Assembly (NCBI GenBank): GCA_963664115.2
Contig: CAXWPJ010000001.1
Coordinates: forward strand, 1 to 64,000
Reading direction: 5' to 3'
DNA: 64,000 nucleotides
DNA from: Terriglobia bacterium
GTDB taxonomy: Bacteria > Acidobacteriota > Terriglobia > 20CM-2-55-15
Program-made: the position numbers and the translations under genes
Shown: one piece after another, positions 41,293 to 50,559 of the stretch
Layout: every line of letters starts with the position of its first letter
Position numbering within the stretch: the stretch's first letter is position 1
Notes under the pieces: model-generated
Databases searched by the model: none
Seen by the model: the letters and a program-made list of their open reading frames with translations, nothing else
What the model was told of the DNA's origin: nothing

Positions 41293-41994
41293 ATGAGCCC
41301 TGGGCCAAAACACCTGTTGATGCTGACAATGACGCTCAGCCTCGCAGCATCGGCAGGCGCATGCAACACCCAACCGGATAGTGGTCCGCAAACGGAATCG
41401 CAGGTGCCGGATACCTCCGAACCCGAGGTCAACAACTCGGATCTGCCCATCATTTTAGCGTTCGGCGACAGCCTGACCTTTGGGAGTGGTGTGGATCGCG
41501 AGTTTTCCTATCCTTCGCAGTTGCAGGACGAACTGGACAGTCTCGGACACGCTTACCGTGTCGTTAACGGTGGAATCAGCGGAGACACGACCAGTGGCGG
41601 TGTCGCCCGCCTGAACATGGCCCTGGAGCTCCAACCTGAAATCGTAATCCTAGAACTTGGAGGCAACGATGGCCTGAGAGGCATTCCCGTGGAAGTGGCG
41701 AGAGACAACCTCCGCACGATGATCGCCGCATTCAACGAAATAGGATCGCGGGTGATATTGGCGGGGATGACCCTCCCGCTGAACTACGGGCCCGACTATA
41801 TCCGGGACTTCGAGGCGATATACGTCGAACTGGCAGAAGAATTCGATGTCGTCCGCATCCCGTTCTTTCTTGAAGGGTTGGTCGAAGAGTACGAAAGGTA
41901 CATGCAGTCTGACGGAATACATCCGACAGGCGAAGGCTACACAATCGTTGTCGCGACCGTAATGAATACGATCGAACCATACCTAACAAATTAG
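41293..41994 (+). CDS. tesA: Arylesterase / acyl-CoA thioesterase I (GDSL/SGNH), probable lipoprotein
   Basis: FGDSLT, NGGISGDTT, ELGGNDGLRG, DGIHP; lipobox-like AGAC; divergent from ybbAP-like genes as in the known tesA-ybbAP arrangement. Confidence 0.9.
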   Translation: MSPGPKHLLMLTMTLSLAASAGACNTQPDSGPQTESQVPDTSEPEVNNSDLPIILAFGDSLTFGSGVDREFSYPSQLQDELDSLGHAYRVVNGGISGDTTSGGVARLNMALELQPEIVILELGGNDGLRGIPVEVARDNLRTMIAAFNEIGSRVILAGMTLPLNYGPDYIRDFEAIYVELAEEFDVVRIPFFLEGLVEEYERYMQSDGIHPTGEGYTIVVATVMNTIEPYLTN

Positions 41995-42075
41995 CGATCG
42001 ACCCCAAGGGAAGGCTGCCGGCTCTCGGCTTAAAACTGTGTTCCGGTGTAATATTCGAACCGTGAGGTGGAGTTT

Positions 42076-42146
42076 TTGGACGACGAAAAACAAAACAAGG
42101 CCGCCTTTTATGACCTGGATGGCGCGCTGCTTTCGTGCAACCTAGT
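42076..42146 (+). pseudogene. 5' fragment of a probable HAD-superfamily (IB-like) hydrolase cut by IS copy 2
   Basis: GAGGTGGAG RBS, then TTG start: MDDEKQNKAAFYDLDGALLSCNL(V), resembling HAD motif I (AAFFDxDGTL). Confidence 0.6.
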
Positions 42147-44032
42147 CCCTGAACAAGCGTGATTGACGAGGAAATGATAGTGCAATAAGAGCGGAAGTAC
42201 CCGAAATGCCCCCTCTCCGTGCGAAAAAAACCTTGAACAGATTCTTCGGAAAAGGAGGCATTTCAGATGAACGATTATACGCGCAAGAACATGAGGAACC
42301 GCAAGCGGCGAATCGAACGTCGGCTTGGGGACCGGCATTGGACGGATCAGGTAGAGCCGATGTTTTCGGCGAGCAACATTCAGTACGAGATGGGAGAGCG
42401 GACGCGGGGCAAAACATTCAGTACGAGATGGGAGAGCGGACGCGGGGCACATCGGTTGGTGGTATCGGGACGATGCAACTGGTGGCGCGGCGGACCGGGC
42501 TGATCGAAGCCATCGACAAGGGCGTGCATGTGTTGAAGCGGCACCTGCCGTATCACGAGTCGGATCACGTGCTGAACATCGCCTACAACGCCTTGAGCGG
42601 AGGAACGTGCCTGGAAGACATCGAACTGCGGCGCAACGATGCGGTGTATCTGGATGCGCTGGGAGCGCAACGGATTCCGGATCCGACGACGGCGGGAGAC
42701 TTCTGCCGGAGATTCGAGGCCGACGACGTGGAGTGTCTGATGGAGGCAACCAATCAAGTCCGGCTCGGAGTCTGGCGACAGCAACCGGCGGCGTTTTTCG
42801 AAGAAGCGGTGTTGGACGCGGACGGGACACTGGCCGAAACCACGGGGGAATGCAAGCAAGGGATGGACGTGGCCTACGACGGGACGTGGGGATATCACCC
42901 GCTGATGATCTCGCTGGCCAACACCGCCGAACCGCTGTATCTGGTCAATCGTAGCGGCAACCGGCCGTCGCATGAAGGAGCCGCGGTCCGGTTCGACCAA
43001 GCCATCGCATTGTGCCGGCATGCGGGGTTTCGCCAGATCCTGCTGCGCGGGGACACGGACTTCAGCCAGACCCGGCATCTGGACGGATGGGACGACCAGC
43101 AGGTGGGTTTCATATTCGGGATTGACGCGATGGCGAACCTGAAGGCCCGGGCCGATGAACTGGAGCCGCGCCAGTGGAAGCGCCTGGAACGGCCCGCGAA
43201 ATACGACGTGGCGACCGAACCGCGCCAACGTCCCGACAACGTGAAGGAAGAGATCGTTCGGCAGCGCGGTTTCGACAATATCCGCTTGCAGGGTGAGGAT
43301 GTGGCCGAGTTTCGGTATCGACCCGGAGCCTGCGATCGGGACTACCGTGTCGTCGTGGTGCGGAAGAATCTGTCGGTGGCCAAAGGAGAGCAGGTGTTGT
43401 TTGACGACATCCGGTACTTCTTCTACATTACCAACCGTTCGGATCCGGCCGACCAGATTGTGATGCGTGCCAATCAACGGTGCAATCAGGAGAATCTCAT
43501 TGAGCAGTTGAAGAACGGCGTTCAGGCGTTGCGGATGCCGGTCGGAGATCAGACCAGCAACTGGGCCTACATGGTGATCGCGTCACTGGCCTGGACACTG
43601 AAAGCGTGGTTTGCATTGCTGCTTCCCGAAACCGGACGTTGGGGCCAAAAATATCAGGCTGAGAAGCAAACCGTGCTGCGCATGGAGTTCAAAACCTTCT
43701 TGAACGCTTTCATGCTTGTGCCGTGCCAACTCGTGCGCACCGGGCGGCGCATTCTGTTCCGGATCCTGGCCTGGAACCGGTGGTTGCCGGTCTTGTTCCG
43801 CGGGGTGGATGTGTTGCGTCAGCCTCTGCGATGTTGACCCGATCATGACTCTGAGCCCGGGCGATCGAGGTCCCGGTTTCTGTCAACCGTCCAACACCAG
43901 CGAGGCTGAACTGAAACAGATTCAACAGAAACTCGATACCTGGAACAGGCCATCCGGGAACGGGATTCTATGCCTCGAATTCTATCGGCGCGAACTGGGC
44001 CTCGGCGGACTGGTTATGCGCTTGTTTTGGGA
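42147..44032 (+). mobile_element. IS1380-family insertion sequence, copy 2 (1886 bp)
   Basis: Inverted near-identical copy of 115-1962 with a 38-bp internal insertion. Flanks CTAGT (42142-42146) and CTAGA (44033-44037). Confidence 0.92.
42267..43837 (+). pseudogene. IS1380-family transposase, frameshifted
   Basis: 37-bp tandem duplication plus 1 nt (42375-42411, 42413-42449) shifts the frame after about 48 codons; the native start frame stops at 42503. Confidence 0.85.
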
Positions 44033-44899
44033 CTAGACTTCGTTAAGAGCGGCAATAAGATTCAGATCGTAGGGGATGAGGCCCTGGATTTCGCGAGTAT
44101 CTCCGACACACCTGCCAGGCGGCCCCTGAGCGCGGGAATCATCAGTCCTTCAGAAGAAGAAGCGATACCCATGATAGAACGCATCATCAGAGGGGTCGCG
44201 GGAGAGGCCAGGCAGGGAGGGGAACTTTTGTACTTTTCAGTCCCGGGTGAGCCACTCGATGCCGAAGTGAACCTGGCTTACCACGAGAAAACTATCACCG
44301 GAATACTGCGCAAGTTGGGATATCACCCGAAACCGATCAATGAAGGGCTGGCCGTGATTTTTTCCGAACTCGCTGACGAGCAATTTACGGGAATAGGCAT
44401 GTCTTTCGGTGGTGGTATGGTCAATGTGTGTTTTGCGTTCCGCTCGATACCTCTTTTGACTTTCGCGCTTGCCCGCGGAGGCGACTGGATCGACCGAAAG
44501 GCCGCAATTGCCGTAGGCGACAATGCGAGCAGGGTGTGCGCGATCAAGGAATCGAAACTCGATTTGAGCGAGCGTGAAGGCGATTCCGCAGTCCTCAACG
44601 CTTTGTCCATTGCTTACGACGAGTTCATTGGATATGTGGCGGAGAACATGAACCGCGAAGTGTCCAGAATGATGAGCATTCCCCAGCATGCAACGGGGGC
44701 CATCCCGATCGTCCTTTCCGGGGGGACCGCCAGTCCGAAGGGATTTGCTGAGCGCTTCAAGAAGGCATTGCGCTCGCTCGATTTCCCTTTAGATCTTGCA
44801 AACGTGAAAACTGCGAAAAACCCGTTTGAGAGCGTTGCCAATGGTGCTCTGACCGCTTCTCAAGTTGAAGTGAGTGTGCCCGAACAAGAGGCATCCTGA
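44033..44899 (+). pseudogene. 5'-truncated actin-like ATPase of the volactin/Mad28 type
   Basis: IVGDEALDFA, RRPLSAGIISP, FSVPGEP, YHEK, PINEGLAVIFSEL, FTGIGMSFGGGMVNVC, RGGDWID, IKE, PIVLSGGT, VANGAL. The N-terminal phosphate-1 (DxGT) motif is missing at the IS junction. Confidence 0.75.
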
Positions 44900-44921
44900 A
44901 AAGGGCGGATGGGCGTTCTTT

Positions 44922-45359
44922 TCAGGACTTAGGCCGCCATTCCCTTTTCGATGCGCGAGGTTTTTCAATAGGATTCTCAGCCGCGTCTTGATCAATCATG
45001 TTGCTGTTGCCTTCGAGCTTTCCACCCTCTTCGATTACCAGCGCCGGTGATTGAATGTCACCCAGAATGTTCCCGCCAGCGTGAATGATTATGCGGAGAG
45101 TGGTCTTGACGGTGCCGTAAACAGATCCATAGACCTCGAGTTCTCCCACTCTGATGTCCGCTTGGATTCGTGCGTGTTTTCCCACGATCAACTGGTCCGC
45201 TCCTGAAATCAAGCCGCTGAATTGCCCATCTAGCCTTAGCGTTCCGGAACACTCGATCTCGCCTGTAACAGAAATACCTTCGTCGAGAAATCCATTGATT
45301 TCCTTCGATGAAAATTTGGTTCGCAATTTCATCATGTTCTGTTTCTGCATCTGGGCCAC
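44922..45359 (-). CDS. Bactofilin (polymer-forming cytoskeletal protein, CcmA family)
   Basis: FLDEGISVTGEI..SGTLRLDG..G.I, VYGSVYGTV, ILGDIQSPALVIEEGGKLEGNSNM. Exact start uncertain. Confidence 0.9.
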   Translation of the reverse strand: MAQMQKQNMMKLRTKFSSKEINGFLDEGISVTGEIECSGTLRLDGQFSGLISGADQLIVGKHARIQADIRVGELEVYGSVYGTVKTTLRIIIHAGGNILGDIQSPALVIEEGGKLEGNSNMIDQDAAENPIEKPRASKREWRPKS

Positions 45360-45444
45360 CCGAAGAACCTAAATACTCTGCTTTTGTTCAGTGGCCGTCA
45401 AGACGGTTGTGCTGACATAGCAGTATTAGCCTGGGGTGCCGCTG

Positions 45445-45621
45445 CTACAGCGGAAAGGGGAACATCAACCAGCTGACAACAACGGCAACGCCCAGAAAAG
45501 ACAGAAAAACGAAGACACCATAGCGCAGCTGTTCTCGTGGTTGTGTTTTGTTGATCAGAGAAAAAACGACGGAAACGATCGCTGCGAATACGAATAACGA
45601 GCTGAAGTGGGACATCGTCAT
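45445..45621 (-). CDS. Small two-TM membrane protein (58 aa), absent from the ORF track
   Basis: MTMSHFSSLFVFAAIVSVVFSLINKTQPREQLRYGVFVFLSFLGVAVVVSWLMFPFPL; ATGA overlap with the upstream stop. Confidence 0.75.
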   Translation of the reverse strand: MTMSHFSSLFVFAAIVSVVFSLINKTQPREQLRYGVFVFLSFLGVAVVVSWLMFPFPL

Positions 45622-46058
45622 GGTTTTCGCCCCTGGGCAATGTCGAAGGCGTCGAGCACGATGAGGTAGTTCAGGAGCCCCGACACCCAGAGATATGTGC
45701 TCCCGTAGTCGTAGCTGGGGTTGGCCAGAAATCCGACGCCCAGACCCAGTTGTTGAGCGACGAGGTAGGGTATGCCGACGCCGACGTTGGCTACAAAAGC
45801 AAATATGTGCAAGGGTTGTTCGGGCGCGACATCATAAAGACGTCCCTGCATCGCCAGGCCTAGGCTAAACATCGTCAGAACCGATACTGTGAATGCAATG
45901 GCTCTTCCCCACCGGCCCAGAAACAGATGCGAAGCCCCCGGGAAAAACCATCCCGTCGCACATATCCCCAGGCTTGCGGCCATGCTCATGGGTTTGCCGG
46001 GTTTCGGCGGAGGCGTTGTTTCCGGGGCAGGTTCCGGTTGCTGCGATTCTTTGGACAT
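45618..46058 (-). CDS. DUF6677-like membrane protein
   Basis: GWFFPGASHLFLGRWGR, YDYGSTYLWVSGLLNYLIVLDAFD. Confidence 0.75.
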   Translation of the reverse strand: MSKESQQPEPAPETTPPPKPGKPMSMAASLGICATGWFFPGASHLFLGRWGRAIAFTVSVLTMFSLGLAMQGRLYDVAPEQPLHIFAFVANVGVGIPYLVAQQLGLGVGFLANPSYDYGSTYLWVSGLLNYLIVLDAFDIAQGRKP

Positions 46059-46061
46059 TGA

Positions 46062-46340
46062 TCAGGGACTGGGTTTTTTCAGAAGGTCCGAGAGTCTCCC
46101 CTCGGCCTGGCCGGCGTTCAAGCCTATAATTTCGAATTTTTTGTGTCTACTCTTTTCTCCGGAACGAAGGTGTACGGCCGAGCGCGACACCCCGAAAACA
46201 TTAGCCAGATACAGTATCGCAGCTTTGTTGGCTTTGCCGTCCCGCGCGGGCGCGTTCACTTTCAGTACGAGAGCGCCCTCTCTGCGTCCTGAGAACGCTG
46301 TCCTTGAGGCGTTGGGAATGACCCGGATGTCGAGCCTCAT
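46062..46340 (-). CDS. DUF167 / YggU family protein
   Basis: VIPNASR, APARDGKAN, SGEKSRHK; follows yggS. Confidence 0.88.
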   Translation of the reverse strand: MRLDIRVIPNASRTAFSGRREGALVLKVNAPARDGKANKAAILYLANVFGVSRSAVHLRSGEKSRHKKFEIIGLNAGQAEGRLSDLLKKPSP

Positions 46341-46996
46341 CCCCGATCTCCAAACAGCGCGGTACCCACCCGTACCATCGTTGCGCCCTCTTCGATCGCA
46401 ACTTCGAAGTCATGACTCATCCCCATCGATAACTCAGCAAGAGCGAATTCATCAGCCCTCTGCCGCAGTCTGCGAAAGTAGGGACGGAGGTCTTCGGCTG
46501 TTTCGATAAATGGAGGGATCGTCATCAAGCCTCTCAGGTCCAGGTTCTCCGAGGCCTGGACGACATCAACCAATCGCGGTAAATCGGATTCGAGCACCCC
46601 GGTCTTGGAGACCTCGTCTTCCAATTTGACCTGAATCAGAACACTCAATCGCCCGGGAGCGAGGGCGTCCAGGCGTTGGGCGAGCGCAACGCTGTCCACG
46701 GACTGAATACAGGAGAACAACCCGACCGCCTTTTTAGCCTTGTTGGCCTGGAGATGACCGATGAGATGCGCATGGACTTCGGGTCTTTGGAGCAATGGAA
46801 TCTTTTCTTCAGCCTCCTGAATCCGGTTTTCGCCGATTTCGCTGAGCCCGCTTTCAATGGCTTCCCGAACACGTTCGATATCGATCCTCTTCGTGACACC
46901 GACGAGGCGGATGGACGCGGGATCCCGGTCCACACGGAGGGCCGCTTTCCCGATGCGCTCGAGTATGCGCTGGTAATTTTCACCGATACGACTCAT
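46337..46996 (-). CDS. yggS: PLP homeostasis protein YggS/PROSC
   Basis: LVGVTK, GENRIQE, HLIGHLQANK, GLMTIPP, LSMGMSHD, VRVGTALFG. Start taken at ATG 46996. Confidence 0.93.
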   Translation of the reverse strand: MSRIGENYQRILERIGKAALRVDRDPASIRLVGVTKRIDIERVREAIESGLSEIGENRIQEAEEKIPLLQRPEVHAHLIGHLQANKAKKAVGLFSCIQSVDSVALAQRLDALAPGRLSVLIQVKLEDEVSKTGVLESDLPRLVDVVQASENLDLRGLMTIPPFIETAEDLRPYFRRLRQRADEFALAELSMGMSHDFEVAIEEGATMVRVGTALFGDRG

Positions 46997-46999
46997 GTG

Positions 47000-47174
47000 G
47001 CTTTCTTGCCTGTAGCGGATGACTCCGGACCGGTGACACTGGACATCGGCTTGGCCGAGGGCTCGAGACTGATTTTCCTTCTCCGGATGGGTCTCACTGT
47101 CGAACAATTCCTTTACAAAAGAGCCGCCGTCGACGGGTTCAAATCGAACCCAACATGCACGGACGCAAGCTAAC
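47000..47174 (-). ncRNA. Candidate 6S-RNA-like structured RNA
   Basis: ~175 nt whose ends pair (CUUGC/GCAAG), inner GGCUC/GAGCC and GAGAC/GUCUC stems, and a UUGAACC motif. Not tested against a covariance model. Confidence 0.35.
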
Positions 47175-47208
47175 TTTCTTACCATATTTAGTGCATAATT
47201 GCCTACTC

Positions 47209-48399
47209 ATGCAGCGCTTGATCATCATTCATTACAGTGAATTGGGGCTTAAAAAGGGCAACCGGGATTACTTCGAGAAACGCTTATGCCGGAATATCGA
47301 CACGATACTGGCCGGGTGCGCAGTCGATAAGGTCCGAAGAATTTCAGGCAGGCTTCTCCTCAATCTTCAGGGCGATTCTGCCCTTGACGAGATCAAGCAC
47401 CGACTGGGATTGGTCTTTGGTATCGCTTACTTTGGGGAAGGCTGGATGGTGGACTGGGAGATCGAAACCCTGTCCGATTCCGTCTGGGATCTGGTCGAAG
47501 ACCGTCAGTTTGATTCCTTTCGAATCGATACTCGAAGACCGGACAAGCGCTTCCCGTTGAACTCGATGGAGGTGAACCGGCGGGTTGGCGGATACGTTCA
47601 GGAACGCTCGGGCGCCCGTGTGGACCTGAATGCGGCCGAACTGGTCTGCCGGATCGAGTTGGTCGAAGGCCGTGCGTTGATCTCGGCCGAACGGATCAAC
47701 GGTCTTAGAGGTTTGCCCTCTCACACGGGCGGCAGAGTTGCCGTCCTTCTCTCGGGAGGCATCGATTCTCCCGTAGCGGCCTGGAAGATCATGCGGCGGG
47801 GTTGTGGCGCATTCTTTATCCATTTCCATAGCTTTCCGCACACGAACAAAGAGTCCCAGGAGAAGGCCAAACAAGTTGCGGGCGTTCTGGCTGCGCATCA
47901 GCGCCGGTCGCGTATTTGCCTGGTGCCTTTCGCAGACATTCAACGAAAAATAATGGTCGAGACGCCGCTCGAAACACGCGTCATTCTGTATCGGCGTTAT
48001 ATGTTTCGGCTTGCCGAAATACTGGCGAAACGGGAAAAAGCCCGTGTGCTCGTTACCGGCGACAGCCTCGGACAGGTGGCCTCTCAAACCCTGGAAAATA
48101 TCGATGTCATCAGCCGCGCCATCTCGATGCCGGTGTTGCGTCCCCTGGTCGGCAACGATAAAGAAGAAATCATCTCGATTGCGCGCCGGATCGGCACCTA
48201 CGAGATTTCCATCCTGCCGGATCAGGACTGCTGTTCCCTCTTCGTGCCCAAGCACCCGGAGACGCGGGCAAACCTCAAGCGGATTGAGCACATCGAACAC
48301 AATCTGGATCTTTCCGTAGAAATCGAGGCCGCGCTGCGGTCAGCGGAGGTTCTGGTACAATACCCGGCCTATGAAACCGGGGCTGTTCGTCAGCTTTGA
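47209..48399 (+). CDS. thiI: tRNA 4-thiouridine synthase ThiI (THUMP domain, no rhodanese domain)
   Basis: HYSELGLKKGNR, LLSGGIDSPVA, TGDSLGQVASQT, DCC..FVPKHP. Confidence 0.95.
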   Translation: MQRLIIIHYSELGLKKGNRDYFEKRLCRNIDTILAGCAVDKVRRISGRLLLNLQGDSALDEIKHRLGLVFGIAYFGEGWMVDWEIETLSDSVWDLVEDRQFDSFRIDTRRPDKRFPLNSMEVNRRVGGYVQERSGARVDLNAAELVCRIELVEGRALISAERINGLRGLPSHTGGRVAVLLSGGIDSPVAAWKIMRRGCGAFFIHFHSFPHTNKESQEKAKQVAGVLAAHQRRSRICLVPFADIQRKIMVETPLETRVILYRRYMFRLAEILAKREKARVLVTGDSLGQVASQTLENIDVISRAISMPVLRPLVGNDKEEIISIARRIGTYEISILPDQDCCSLFVPKHPETRANLKRIEHIEHNLDLSVEIEAALRSAEVLVQYPAYETGAVRQL

Positions 48400-49003
48400 A
48401 GGCATCGAAGGTTGTGGCAAAACCACACAGATTTCACGACTCTCGGCTGAGCTCAATCGGAGGGGAGTCGCCCACACCCTTACCCGTGAACCCGGTGGAA
48501 CGGCTGTCGGTGAGGGTATCCGGCGGATACTCCTCAACTCGGAGACAATCCATCTGACACCCGCATCCGAACTCCTGCTCTTCTACGCCTCGCGCAGCCA
48601 GAACATCGAAGAAAAGATCCGTCCCGCACTCGATCGCGGTGAGGTCGTGATTTGCGACCGTTTTTTCGACGCCTCGCTCGCGTACCAGGGCTATGGACGG
48701 GGATTGCCTCTGGACTTCATCGACGGCATGACCGGCCTCGTGTGTGGGGGGAGTACACCGGAAATCACGATTCTGCTCGACATTGATACCAAGACCGGCC
48801 TGAACCGGGCGCGAGAGCGAAACAGGACGCAGGCGGCAGACGAAGGCCGGTTCGAGGCTGAGGAACTGAAGTTCTACGAGCGGGTCCGGCATGGCTATCT
48901 GGAGCTTGCCGCCCGCAGCCCTGAACGAATCAAAGTTGTCCCGGCTCTCGGAACCATCGATGAAGTCCAGTCCGCGATTCGTCGTGTGTTGAGGTTGGAC
49001 TGA
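48371..49003 (+). CDS. tmk: Thymidylate kinase
   Basis: FEGIEGCGKTTQ, TREPGG, CDRFFDASLAYQGYGR. Confidence 0.95.
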   Translation: MKPGLFVSFEGIEGCGKTTQISRLSAELNRRGVAHTLTREPGGTAVGEGIRRILLNSETIHLTPASELLLFYASRSQNIEEKIRPALDRGEVVICDRFFDASLAYQGYGRGLPLDFIDGMTGLVCGGSTPEITILLDIDTKTGLNRARERNRTQAADEGRFEAEELKFYERVRHGYLELAARSPERIKVVPALGTIDEVQSAIRRVLRLD

Positions 49004-49004
49004 C

Positions 49005-50012
49005 ATGAGTTTCGCTGATCCTTTTTTGGGAAATGTCCGCGTCATTGCCCAGTTGGAGGCCAAACTACGGAGAGGCCGGTTGCCTCACGCTTTGATCTTC
49101 ACGGGTCCGGAAGGCGTGGGCAAGCGCACGTGCGCGCTTCGGATCGCCAAAACACTTCAATGTGAGAAACACGAATCCCCGCCGTGTGGCGCCTGTGCTC
49201 AATGCCGGAAAATCGAACGGGGCCATCACGCCGACGTCAGCACACTCACTCTCGAAGGGGATGCAAGTCAGATCAAGATCGAACAGATACGTAAACTGCG
49301 GTCCACGCTGGAGTTTGAACCGCTGGAGGGCGTCGCCAAGGTCTATTTGATTGATCCTGCTGAACGCATGACAGAGGCTGCGTCCAATGCCCTGTTGAAA
49401 GCTCTCGAGGAGCCCCCGGCGGCGACGTACTTCTTCCTGATCACGGCGAATTCCCAGGAGTTGAAGGCAACCATCCGGTCGCGGAGTCAGACCTATCATT
49501 TTTCTCCTGTGCCACTGGAAGATATCCGGAAGGCCGGCATTGCCGACGAGCGGGTCGTCCGGTGGTCTCAGGGGAGCATCGGTCGTGCCATGCGGACAGA
49601 CGCCGAAGAGTTGCTGTCGGAACGCGAGATGCTGCTGGAATTTTTGGAAACGGTGATGACAGCCCGGGACGAAGCGCTCGCCGGCCTGCTCGCTGCGAGT
49701 GCCGAACTCGCGCGTTCTAAGGAAGACTATCGTGACCGGATTCGAATCCTTGGAGTCCTTGTTTCGGACCTGATGTTTCTTGAAGTTGGACTCGATCACC
49801 GGCTTGTCAATGTCGACATCCGTGAGCGTTTGGAGAACCTTCGAAACAGCGTGTCTATGGAACGCATTGTCCAGATTGGGGACTGTCTGAAGTTCATCGA
49901 AGTGAACCTGAAATATCATGTCCACCGGCAGATGATGGCCGATAGACTGGCCCTCACTTTGAACCCATCAACCGCCGAATTACTGCATGACAAACCCTGG
50001 GAATATCGATAA
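49005..50012 (+). CDS. holB: DNA polymerase III delta-prime subunit
   Basis: HALIFTGPEGVGK, C..PCGACAQC, ASNALLKALEEP, TIRSRS; follows tmk. Confidence 0.9.
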   Translation: MSFADPFLGNVRVIAQLEAKLRRGRLPHALIFTGPEGVGKRTCALRIAKTLQCEKHESPPCGACAQCRKIERGHHADVSTLTLEGDASQIKIEQIRKLRSTLEFEPLEGVAKVYLIDPAERMTEAASNALLKALEEPPAATYFFLITANSQELKATIRSRSQTYHFSPVPLEDIRKAGIADERVVRWSQGSIGRAMRTDAEELLSEREMLLEFLETVMTARDEALAGLLAASAELARSKEDYRDRIRILGVLVSDLMFLEVGLDHRLVNVDIRERLENLRNSVSMERIVQIGDCLKFIEVNLKYHVHRQMMADRLALTLNPSTAELLHDKPWEYR

Positions 50013-50220
50013 AATGTGTTCAATAGGGTGAACGACATTCCGTAGGTGATTGGGAATCTGATTCCAAAAACTTTCCTTGTTTGACGGCCCGAGTCTAAAT
50101 TACTCCGAGCGGCAGGATACGCCTGCCGGAGCGGGACCGGAGGGATCGGAAAACCGAAATAACTGCGGGTAAACCAGTCCCCGGCCCTTCATAGAACACT
50201 AGAGCTTAGCGAGGAACGCG

Positions 50221-50523
50221 ATGTCCAATCGGAAATTGATCCGTCCCAGCCTGTCAGAAGTGAAAGATCAGATGACGGTCCGGCAAGTGAGGCGAAAACA
50301 GGCTCCCGGCGACCAGACGAACGCCGAAAATTTTTATTACGTCAAACAGATGCAGAATCGGACACCCATGGTCCTGGTCTTAAAGGATGGCGAGCAGATT
50401 CACGGTGTCATCGAGTGGTACGACAAGGATTCCCTCAAAGTAAACCGCGCGTCGGAACCCAATCTTCTGATTCTCAAGCACAATATCAAATACATTTACA
50501 AAGCTGGCGAAGGCGGCGACTGA
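50221..50523 (+). CDS. Hfq-like (Sm-fold) RNA chaperone with N-terminal extension
   Basis: Sm1-like [18 protein letters not shown] and Sm2-like [10 protein letters not shown]; GAGG RBS. Confidence 0.75.
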   Translation: MSNRKLIRPSLSEVKDQMTVRQVRRKQAPGDQTNAENFYYVKQMQNRTPMVLVLKDGEQIHGVIEWYDKDSLKVNRASEPNLLILKHNIKYIYKAGEGGD

Positions 50524-50559
50524 ACGCTCGAAGCTCTTGATTCAGGACTGCAATACCAG

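Noticed and set aside
1963-42146. Composite transposon, or an inversion that has already occurred between the two IS copies
   Set aside because: The interval holds core genes, copy 1 has its own matched TCTAG duplication, and its flanks rejoin into a sensible gene end.
44033-44899. Magnetosome island
   Set aside because: Only a Mad28/volactin-like fragment is present; no mam, mms or other mad genes are recognisable.
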